Positions 1 through 8,063 of a stretch of 36,700 nucleotides of DNA are shown piece after piece. Location: assembly GCA_040755995.1 (NCBI GenBank), contig JBFMAF010000053.1:1-36700 (forward strand). The letters run 5' to 3'. Numbering within the stretch: the stretch's first letter is position 1; each line of letters starts with the position of its first letter. A program made the position numbers and the translations under genes. Below the pieces are notes generated by a model. That model ran no database searches and had not been told where the DNA came from. It worked only from the letters and a program-made list of their open reading frames with translations. The stretch is from Acidobacteriota bacterium. GTDB lineage: Bacteria > Acidobacteriota > CAIWXX01.

Positions 1-127
1 CCGCCCAGTTCCACCCAGGCTCCCCGACGCCGTTTGGATCAACCCACCCACCAAGGAGAACATATCGACTGAGCCGACCTACACTAATTTCCAACCGTCG
101 GTGTCTCAAAATGCTTGACACGTTCCG
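1..127 (+). mobile_element. 3' end of an IS3-family insertion sequence (transposase C-terminus and right end)
   Basis: The frame from base 2 reads RPVPPRLPDAVWINPPTKENISTEPTYTNFQPSVSQNA* (TGA 116-118). The 'P..P.LP..VWINPP' tail is typical of one IS3-family transposase group. It is followed by TGTCTCAAAATGCTTGACACGTTCCG, which resembles that group's right end. The exact end (120-127) is uncertain. Confidence 0.7.
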
Positions 128-1601
128 CTTTCCCAATCCGCGGTTTCTCGCAGCTTGGCGGGAGCACCGCCTCATCTATGGCTACTCGCTCAGAGCGGAA
201 CTGGTCTATCAACTCAAGAAGGCATTGGAGCAGCGCGGGGACTTCCAACTCGAAGGGGATACTCGCCATCTGCTGGTGGATGAATACCAGGATCTGAACC
301 GTTGTGACCTGGGTGTCGTGCATGATCTCGCCTCTCGCTGCGTGGAATTGTTCGCTGCTGGGGACGACGACCAGAGCATCTACGGATTCAGGAAGGCCCA
401 CCCGGAAGGGATACGTCGATTCCATACTGACTACACCGGTTCGCGCGAACTGGTTCTCGAGCTCTGTAAGAGATGTGACCAGAAGATCTTGGACCTGGGA
501 CTATTCGTCGCTCGACAAGACTACCGCCGTATCGACAAACGGATCACGCCAGAGCCTGGGAGAACGCCGGGCGAGGTCAGCATCCTCCGCTTCCCCAATC
601 AGGCCGACGAGGCGGAAGCCGTGGCCCGGATCTGCCGGCACCTGGTTGACAAGCATGGTTTACAACCGGACGATATCCTTGTCCTCCTCAGGTCGGACCG
701 AAAGGCAGTGTTCTCCAATGTTCTTCGGCGACGGCTTGATGCAGCCAACCTTTCGACTGCGACGCGGACCGAAGGGGCCGGCCCGTTGGATGCGCCTGAA
801 GGCAGGTCGCTTCTGGCCTTCCTCCGTTTGGCGGCGAACTCCATGGACCACCTGTCGTGGCGCACTCTACTCATGACATTCTGCGCTGGCGTGGGCGACC
901 AGGCGATCCGGGCGCTGTATGAACTGGCTCGAGAGAGGGGAGAACCGTTCGGGCAGATTGTCCTTGCGGTCGAAGCCGACCCGAGTATCCTGCCGAGTTT
1001 GCACCGAAACCGCGCGGCCGGATGCATCTCGCACATTCGATCCACGCTTCGGGAGTTGTTCCCGAGCGGCACGGGGGATTACGGCTCGTGTGATCAACTG
1101 AAAGCGGCGGTGGGTGAAGCTGCAGTGCGGCTGGTCACGCAGGCGCATGACCGCGAGCTTGCCATGGCTCAGCTCGCCTTGGCGGTCGAACTCGGTCAGG
1201 CCACTTCGATGGAGAGCTTGGTGCGCGCAACGGAGCTCGTGGGAGAGGACATAGAGCAGGAACTCGAGCCCGGGAAGATCAACATATTGACGATGCACCG
1301 GGCAAAAGGGCTCACCGCCAAAGCAGTGATCGTCGTCGCCGCGGAAGACGAGTATCTCCCTGGACGCGCCCAAGGCGACGCCGTGGACGATGAACGACGG
1401 CTACTGTATGTGTCCCTCACTCGTGCCAAGCATCACCTATTCGTTACATACTGTGACCTGCGAACCGGCCGCCAGCGCTACACGGGACGGACCAGTGGAA
1501 CTGCCACGCGCTCGCTGACCCCGTTCCTGCGCGATGGCCCCGTGACCCCGGTCGATGGGAAAGCGTTCGTCCGCAAGCTGGCACAAGAGAGGCACCCGTG
1601 A
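111..1601 (+). pseudogene. UvrD/Rep (SF1) ATP-dependent helicase, 5'-truncated by the IS
   Basis: Motif II LLVDEYQD, motif III GDDDQSIYGFR, motif V TMHRAKGL and motif VI ERRLLYVSLTRAK are present. Walker A (motif I) is absent, and the ATG at 111 lies inside the IS end. Confidence 0.85.
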
Positions 1602-1759
1602 TCCCAACGAGCTCCGAACGGCTCCCGGAAGTCGATTTCCCCATCGCTCTAGTCTCGAAGCACTGGCCGCGGGATAAGTCCATCAGGAATGGGCTTCCGG
1701 GCACGCTCCATCTCTGCTGGGGGCGGAAGTTGCTGCCAGATCTGCAGGAGAGGCCGGGT
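1598..1759 (+). pseudogene. Decayed 5' fragment of a DUF1156 methyltransferase gene
   Basis: MIPTSSERLPEVDFPIALVSKHWPRDKSIRNGLPGTLHLCWG-RKLLPDLQERPG aligns with the start of 3759..6767 (MIPKECRRLAEVDFPIAVVSKHSAREKSIRHGHPSTLHLWWA...RKLLPDVQGKPG) with one internal deletion. Its GTG overlaps the helicase TGA. Confidence 0.9.
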
Positions 1760-1919
1760 CGAGATCTCCGACCCCGCCGACTTCCCCGAGGACATCCGGC
1801 TCGACAACCTCCTTGTCACATCGCCGCGCCGCTGCAACGCGGCTCTCGCGGATACCCTCAAGCGTGTGTGCGTCGTGGAACGCAGTGCTCGCGGGACAGA
1901 GGATCCCCCCGGGCTATGA
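1758..1919 (+). pseudogene. Remnant of an HATPase_c_4 ('RecG C-terminal') domain, as in AlbA_2/Schlafen-HATPase-HTH proteins
   Basis: VEISDPADFPEDIRLDNLLVTSPRRCNAALADTLKRVCVVERSARG matches the family pattern EI.NPGGFP.G...dNll....PRN..LA..f.R.glVER.gRG with several decayed positions. No plausible start codon. Confidence 0.65.
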
Positions 1920-1941
1920 CAAGCCATCATAGAGGAAGCCG

Positions 1942-3762
1942 ATGACTCATACCGTCACGCATTTCATGTGGGGCTATCAAGTGCACTTCCGAATTGAGCA
2001 TGAAGGGCACTCACACTCTCTATTCCAATTGCTGGACAAGCGATTTCATCCCGAAGTGTTCGTTGTCGGAGTGCGCATTGAAGAACATGCAAACCGATAT
2101 CCCGTATGCGTAGAGCCGGAGGACGATTTCTGGCTCACACCGGACGCTTTCGAGGGTGTTCTAAGAACTGCGGTCGAAATAGTCTCAACCTATCCGGAAA
2201 GCCGGATGTTTCACACTCATCCGATGGCCCAGAAGCAGTTGGAAGAATCGCTCTTCAAACGGGGCGTTCAGGACGCCGTCTCTAAGATGATATCCGAATG
2301 CCCCAGCAAGCCCGACGGCATGAGATACTACCCTTCCTTCCCGGTGAAGCTGGACTGCTTTCTTGTCTCACTGGTGCTGGGTCTGCAAGAGGAGGTTGTC
2401 GCCTCGCATGGCAGCCTCAGCGTCGACCGCGTTCCCATTCACGATTGTCGTTCATGTGAAGTGGCCACCTCATTGATTGATGCAGCCATCCACGCCTACC
2501 TGGACGATGTGGCAAGCGAACTCCTCAAGCCCGACCCCGGGGCTGACTTATCGGCGAGCAAGAGCCCGGGCGAGATACTTCGAGCAGCAGGCAACCTCTT
2601 GATGACCGGAATCGCCTACAAGACTGACCCAGGGGTGACCGGCTATTGGGGGACGATCTTCGACGCCTGGAACAGGATTTCCTCGCTCAAGTATGAGAGG
2701 GCCATCGGCAAAGGGCGGGTCGTCTTGGCCCGTCAAGACCATCCAGCCATAGCCCCAGAGATCACATTCGCGCAGCCTGTCAAGGTGCATGATTCCAGAG
2801 CCGCCCGCAAGCTCCTGCAACTTGCCTCCAAGGATTTGGCTCTTCACTCGAACGTCATGTATCTCTTCGGTCTCGCAAAGATCGGCAACTACCTGGCAGC
2901 TCAGGAAGACTTATACGAAGTCAACTTTCTTGACCATCATCTCTGGGAATTGGCCCATGCTGGTCATGTGCTCATGCGCGTCCAATTCGGGCAGCCGTCG
3001 TTGCCCGCGCCCGCCTTTGATGAGAAAAAGATGCGCAAGGATCTGGCCCGGATCTTTCCGCAGATCACCAGCCACCAGAGAGACCTGCTGGTTTGCCTTG
3101 TAAACGAAGCCGTAGGAGAGAAACACGGGACAATGCTCGTCATCGCCGAGGACGCGGCCAACGAAGCCAAACGACTCGTGAATCAGGCCACTCTCGTGGC
3201 CCCTCGACTCTTGAGGGCCGATCTTCTTAGGCAACTCACACCGATCGACGGCGCCGTCCTTGTCGACCCCAGCGGGACCTGTCACGCGATCGGCGTGATA
3301 CTCGACGGCATGGCCACGCAGAAAGGGAATCCAGCGCGTGGTGCCCGCTTCAACTCCGCTGTTCGTTACATAGAGACTCAGAAGAAGGCTTGTCTGGCTG
3401 TGATCGTCTCAGAGGATGGAGGAGTGGACATCATCCCGGAGTTGAGGCCTGCAGTGCGTCGGTCCACGATTGAGAACGCACTTGACGAACTTGAGGCACT
3501 CATGAGGTCCGAGCCCCTCAAGGTGCGGCATTACGGACGGGTGACAGAGTTACTGGAGGAACGGCGTTTCTATCTCTTGCCCGAGCATTGTGACAGAGCG
3601 AACCAATTGATCGCAGCCGCCGAGGAACGTTTGGCGAAGGACAATCCAGAAGCACCGCGTATCATTCGTCGCCAATTCGAACCTGATCCCGATTTTGCCC
3701 CTGGGCTTTACTACGAGCACGAGAGTACACTGGTAGGAGCGGGCGACAAGGGCCACGAATGA
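1942..3762 (+). CDS. Diadenylate cyclase (DisA_N/DAC) domain protein with long N-terminal putative sensor region (DACNG/DACNH-like)
   Basis: C-terminal DAC motifs KHGTMLVI, IDGAVLVD, RGARFNSA and IVSEDG. N-terminus FMWGYQ.HF. RBS AGAGGA precedes the ATG. The TGA overlaps the methylase ATG (ATGA). Confidence 0.8.
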   Translation: MTHTVTHFMWGYQVHFRIEHEGHSHSLFQLLDKRFHPEVFVVGVRIEEHANRYPVCVEPEDDFWLTPDAFEGVLRTAVEIVSTYPESRMFHTHPMAQKQLEESLFKRGVQDAVSKMISECPSKPDGMRYYPSFPVKLDCFLVSLVLGLQEEVVASHGSLSVDRVPIHDCRSCEVATSLIDAAIHAYLDDVASELLKPDPGADLSASKSPGEILRAAGNLLMTGIAYKTDPGVTGYWGTIFDAWNRISSLKYERAIGKGRVVLARQDHPAIAPEITFAQPVKVHDSRAARKLLQLASKDLALHSNVMYLFGLAKIGNYLAAQEDLYEVNFLDHHLWELAHAGHVLMRVQFGQPSLPAPAFDEKKMRKDLARIFPQITSHQRDLLVCLVNEAVGEKHGTMLVIAEDAANEAKRLVNQATLVAPRLLRADLLRQLTPIDGAVLVDPSGTCHAIGVILDGMATQKGNPARGARFNSAVRYIETQKKACLAVIVSEDGGVDIIPELRPAVRRSTIENALDELEALMRSEPLKVRHYGRVTELLEERRFYLLPEHCDRANQLIAAAEERLAKDNPEAPRIIRRQFEPDPDFAPGLYYEHESTLVGAGDKGHE

Positions 3763-6700
3763 TCCCCAAGGAATGCAGACGCCTGGCGGAGGTGGATTTC
3801 CCCATCGCAGTAGTGTCGAAGCACTCGGCGCGGGAGAAGTCTATTCGGCATGGGCATCCGAGTACGCTGCATCTGTGGTGGGCGCGGAGACCGTTGGCAG
3901 CGTGCAGAGCGATGCTCCTGGGGCTCTTGCTTCCGGACCCGTGCGACCCGCTCTGCCCGAGCGAGTTCAAGGCCGCGGCGCGAAAGCTACTGCCGGACGT
4001 GCAGGGCAAGCCGGGGCCTGAGGACAAAGACCTGCGGCGCGCATTGCTGAAGTTCATAGGTGATTTCGCCAACTGGGACCTCTCTTCGAATCAACAATAC
4101 CTCGCCGTCTCCCGCGGACTCGTCAAGGCCGCGCATCCGGAAGAGACCCCGCTCGTAGTGGATCCATTCGCAGGCGGCGGGTCGATCCCACTCGAAGCGC
4201 TGCGCCTAGGTTGCGATGCCTTCGCGAGTGACCTCAATCCCGTGGCATGCCTCATCCTGAAGGTCATGCTGGAGGACATCCCGCGCCATGGGCCGGAGCT
4301 GGCGGAGGAGCTGCGCCGGGTTGGGGCCGAGATCAAAGAGCAGGCCGAGAAGGAGTTGGCGGAGTTCTATCCGAAGGATAAGGACGGCGCCACGCCCATC
4401 GCCTACATCTGGGCGCGGACGGTCAGATGCGAGTCCCCGAATTGCGGCGCGGAGATCCCCCTCGCGCGGTCGTTCTGGCTGTGCAAGAAGGAGAATCGGA
4501 AACGCGCGTTGCGATATCGCGTCGTTCGCCGTGTAGGGGCACGGCGTGCCGTGCCCTCGGTGGAATTCGAGATCTTCGAGCCCAGATCGGATAAGGATGT
4601 TCCGACCGGCACGGTGACGCGCGCGAAAGCCACATGCGTGTGCTGCGGTACAGCGCTGCCTCCCGATCGCGTACGCGCGCAGTTGAGCGAGCAGCGCGGC
4701 GGCGCGGATGTCGTCTTTGACACGAAGGGCAATCGAATCGGCGGTGCGCGCATGTTGGCGGTGGTGACCCTCACAGCTGCTACGACAGGCCGCCAGTACC
4801 GCCTGACTGTCGACCGCGACTATCACGCCGTCTGGAAGGCACAGAAGCGGCTCAAGGCGATTCTCGACGACTGGGAGCGCGGCGGCAAGAAGGGTCTTTG
4901 CCCCGTGCCGGATGAGCCACTTCCCCCGATCGGTACTCTTGGCTTCCGCGTCCAGCGTTACGGCATGCTTCAGTGGGGCGACCTCTTCACGGCGCGGCAG
5001 AAGGTGGCGCTGGCAACGCTGGGGCGCACAATCCAGCGTTCTCACCGCGTGCCTGCGGTTGGAGAACTCCTAGCGCTGTGCCTTGACAGGGTGTCCAGCA
5101 GAAGCTCATCTCTGTGTCTATGGCGCTATCATGCAGACCAAGAGAAGGTAGAACACATCTTCGGGCGCCAGGCATTGCCTACGGTTTGGGATTTCGCGGA
5201 GTCAGTAATCACATCCGAATCCACCGGGAGCTTCGCGGATGCTTTGGATGTGGTCAGCCAGATGCTCACTTCCGCGTTCGGCACGATGCAACCAGGACAG
5301 GTTCAACAGGCCGATGCTCGCTCATCGCCGCTTCCCGACGCGGCGGCACGGCTCTGGTTCACTGATCCCCCGTACTATGATGCTATCCCATATTCCGACT
5401 TGTCGGATTTCTTCTTCGTATGGCTCAAGAGAACGCTTCCTGGTCATCCGCTGATTCAGGACCCGTTTGATTCCAATAATCCGCTTTCCCCCAAGGTGCA
5501 GGAAGCGGTACTGGATGAGACGAAATCCGCAAGCGGGAGACCGAAGGACCGAGCGTTCTTTGAAGAGACGATGGCCACGGCATTCAGGGATGGCCGTCGA
5601 GTGCTGCTGCAAGAAGGGATTGGCTCCGTTGTGTTTGCTCATAAGACCACGGAGGGCTGGGAGGCGTTGTTGTCGGGGATGATTCGCGGTGGCTGGGTCA
5701 TCACCGGATCCTGGCCAATAACAACGGAAATGCCCAACCGCTTGCGGGCGAGGGAGTCTGCTGCCTTGTCGGCGAGCGTCCACCTCGTCTGCCGCCCGCG
5801 GCCAGAGGACGCCCCGGTGGGCGACTGGGGCGACGTGTTGCGCGAGCTGCCGACACGGGTGGGTGATTGGATGGAACGGCTGCAGGGCGAGGGTATTCGC
5901 GGCGCGGATCTCGTCTTCGCCTGCATCGGCCCGGCGCTGGAAATCTTCAGCCGCTACCGCAAGGTCGAGACCCCCGAGGGCCGTGAGGTCAAGCTCCCGG
6001 AATACCTTGAAAAGGTCTGGGAGGTCGTCGGCCGCACGGCGCTCGAACAGGTACTCGGCACTGCGGAGGCCCGCGCGAGGAACAGTGCCGCGGGCGCGCT
6101 CGAGGAGGACGCTCGGTTGACGGCATTATTTCTGTGGACGCTCCAGTCCACTGACGGAGAGAACGGCTCCCGGGAGGAGTCAGCGGAAGAAGGCGACGAT
6201 GACACCGCTGAGGAAGATGAAGAGGATCGCGCGCCAAAGGGCAAGACCAAGGGCTTCAGCCTCATCTTCGACGTCGTGCGCCGTTTCGCTCAGCCGCTGG
6301 GGATCGCGCTACCGAAGTGGGAAGGACGAATCATCGAGACGCAAAAGGGTGTTGTGCGGCTCATGGCCGTCTCCGAGCGCGCGAAGCAGCTTTTCGGCGA
6401 AGACAGAGCGGAGTCGGTCGCTCAATGGATCGAGCACGACCCCAAGAAGGACATCCAGCTCGTCCTCTTCCCCGAGATGGAAGAAGAACACGTTCCCAAG
6501 ATCCGCGGCCGCCGGCGACACACTGTTCTGGAGGGGTCTGGGATGGAGATGAAGACCGAGCACGCCGCGACCACACTCGATCGCGTCCATGCAGCGATGC
6601 TGCTCCAGGCCGGCGGTCAAGCCAACGCGCTCCGGGCGCTCATCAAGGCCGAGCAGGATCGCGGCCCGGACTTCCTGCGCCTGGCGAACGCCCTCTCCGC

Positions 6701-6767
6701 ACTCTACCCCAAGGGCAGCGAAGAGAAACGATTGTTGGACGCGATGCTGCTTGCGGTGCCGAGGTGA
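3759..6767 (+). CDS. DUF1156-domain adenine-specific DNA methyltransferase with Zn ribbon
   Basis: N-terminal LHLWWARRPLAACRA (DUF1156), SAM-binding DPFAGGGSIP, Cys pairs CESPNC and CVCC, catalytic TDPPYYD, and FAHK. Confidence 0.93.
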   Translation: MIPKECRRLAEVDFPIAVVSKHSAREKSIRHGHPSTLHLWWARRPLAACRAMLLGLLLPDPCDPLCPSEFKAAARKLLPDVQGKPGPEDKDLRRALLKFIGDFANWDLSSNQQYLAVSRGLVKAAHPEETPLVVDPFAGGGSIPLEALRLGCDAFASDLNPVACLILKVMLEDIPRHGPELAEELRRVGAEIKEQAEKELAEFYPKDKDGATPIAYIWARTVRCESPNCGAEIPLARSFWLCKKENRKRALRYRVVRRVGARRAVPSVEFEIFEPRSDKDVPTGTVTRAKATCVCCGTALPPDRVRAQLSEQRGGADVVFDTKGNRIGGARMLAVVTLTAATTGRQYRLTVDRDYHAVWKAQKRLKAILDDWERGGKKGLCPVPDEPLPPIGTLGFRVQRYGMLQWGDLFTARQKVALATLGRTIQRSHRVPAVGELLALCLDRVSSRSSSLCLWRYHADQEKVEHIFGRQALPTVWDFAESVITSESTGSFADALDVVSQMLTSAFGTMQPGQVQQADARSSPLPDAAARLWFTDPPYYDAIPYSDLSDFFFVWLKRTLPGHPLIQDPFDSNNPLSPKVQEAVLDETKSASGRPKDRAFFEETMATAFRDGRRVLLQEGIGSVVFAHKTTEGWEALLSGMIRGGWVITGSWPITTEMPNRLRARESAALSASVHLVCRPRPEDAPVGDWGDVLRELPTRVGDWMERLQGEGIRGADLVFACIGPALEIFSRYRKVETPEGREVKLPEYLEKVWEVVGRTALEQVLGTAEARARNSAAGALEEDARLTALFLWTLQSTDGENGSREESAEEGDDDTAEEDEEDRAPKGKTKGFSLIFDVVRRFAQPLGIALPKWEGRIIETQKGVVRLMAVSERAKQLFGEDRAESVAQWIEHDPKKDIQLVLFPEMEEEHVPKIRGRRRHTVLEGSGMEMKTEHAATTLDRVHAAMLLQAGGQANALRALIKAEQDRGPDFLRLANALSALYPKGSEEKRLLDAMLLAVPR
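4533..4557 (+). repeat. REP palindrome lying in-frame inside the methylase gene
   Basis: GTAG + GGGCACGGC-GT-GCCGTGCCC. The first 24 nt match the palindrome at 15502-15529 at 23 positions. Encodes VGARRAVP. Confidence 0.85.
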
Positions 6768-6960
6768 GTCTCGAGACGGATGTTGGACATGTCATGTTCG
6801 TCGGTCGCGCCGGTGGGTGCATGATGCTGCATGGAGTATGCACCGAAAGAGAAAGCGGCCGAGGAGGCTCTCGCCTAGCCAGTCGCACACTCGCGGTTGT
6901 CTCGGTCGCCGCAACAAGTATGGCGCCTCGGCGCTGGGAATTCAATAGGGAAGCGACCCG

Positions 6961-7926
6961 GTGACCACAGATAGCAACAACCCGTCCATTTGGCAGCTTG
7001 CCGGTGGGCCGTCGAACAGGCCGTATGCTGATGTGTTTATCAAGTACGGCGTTGGACTCATCGGGCCGGGGGATGCTGGGGCATGGAAGCCTGAGCGGGA
7101 CGATGACGAATTCGAGGGTGGCTTCGTGCGCCGCTTCGCGAGCGAGATGGACGTAGGCGATGTGGTGCTGCTTCGGACCGGCCTCGCTACGATCAGCGCC
7201 GTGGGCGTCGTGGCCGGCGACTACCAGTACCTCAATCAGTTCGACGACGTGAACGGCTGGGACCTTCAGCATGGCCGGCGCATTCGGTGGTGCAGGTTGC
7301 CGCAGGACTACACGTTCGACAGCACAGTGTTTGGAGCCAATCCCACACGCTGCTCCCGAACCTGGAACGATGAAGTCAATGATTACGCGGAGCGGTTCCT
7401 GAAGTCGCCACCCAGTCACTGGCAGGACGCCTCCCTCCCGGCGCTCCCCACCGAAGAGCCGAGCCTGGAGATGATCCCACTGAAAATGGAAGGCGTCGTC
7501 GCGCAGGCTCAGGACCTGGCCCGTCTGTTCTGGGACCGGGAGAACTTCGGCGACCACCCGACTGAGGACGAGCTTGTCGCGCACTTCGTGGTGCCGTTTG
7601 TGCGACAGCTTGGCTGGCCGCCCGAGGGAATCGCGGTGAAGTGGCGGCGCATCGATGTCGCTGTATTCACCGCGCTGCCGCGCACTCCTGAGAATTGCCG
7701 CTTCATCATCGAAGCCAAACGACTCGGAGCCGGTGTTGAGGGCGCGCTCGAACAGGCAAAGGGGTATCTGCAAAGTCTCGGTATACTACGTGACGTGGTC
7801 GTCACGGACGGCATCCGGTACCGAATGTATTCGAGCGAACGGGCGTTCGAGCCCCTCGCCTACGCCAACCTGGTCCGACTCAAACAATCCGCCGTCAAGC
7901 TGTTCAACCTGATGCAGAGGCCATAG
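6961..7926 (+). CDS. Putative restriction endonuclease: N-terminal PUA/EVE-like domain + C-terminal HsdR_N-like PD-(D/E)XK nuclease
   Basis: C-half TEDELVAHFVVPF...IDVAVF...IIEAK...ALEQAKGY...VTDGIRYRMY fits the HSDR_N pattern. N-half (F..EM.VGDVVL...AVGVV.GDYQY...H.RRIRW) resembles the N-terminal domains of Mrr/McrB-like proteins. GTG start. Confidence 0.7.
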   Translation: MTTDSNNPSIWQLAGGPSNRPYADVFIKYGVGLIGPGDAGAWKPERDDDEFEGGFVRRFASEMDVGDVVLLRTGLATISAVGVVAGDYQYLNQFDDVNGWDLQHGRRIRWCRLPQDYTFDSTVFGANPTRCSRTWNDEVNDYAERFLKSPPSHWQDASLPALPTEEPSLEMIPLKMEGVVAQAQDLARLFWDRENFGDHPTEDELVAHFVVPFVRQLGWPPEGIAVKWRRIDVAVFTALPRTPENCRFIIEAKRLGAGVEGALEQAKGYLQSLGILRDVVVTDGIRYRMYSSERAFEPLAYANLVRLKQSAVKLFNLMQRP

Positions 7927-8063
7927 AGGAGACGGAGCTGATGGAACTGTGGTCCACAGTGAGCAGACTGCACTTGGCGAGCACAGCCTGCGCACTGTAT
8001 CCTATGGGCGGTGGAGGAAGCGGACCCGTAGACGCCGCGATATCGGCATCGCCAAGGTGAAGC

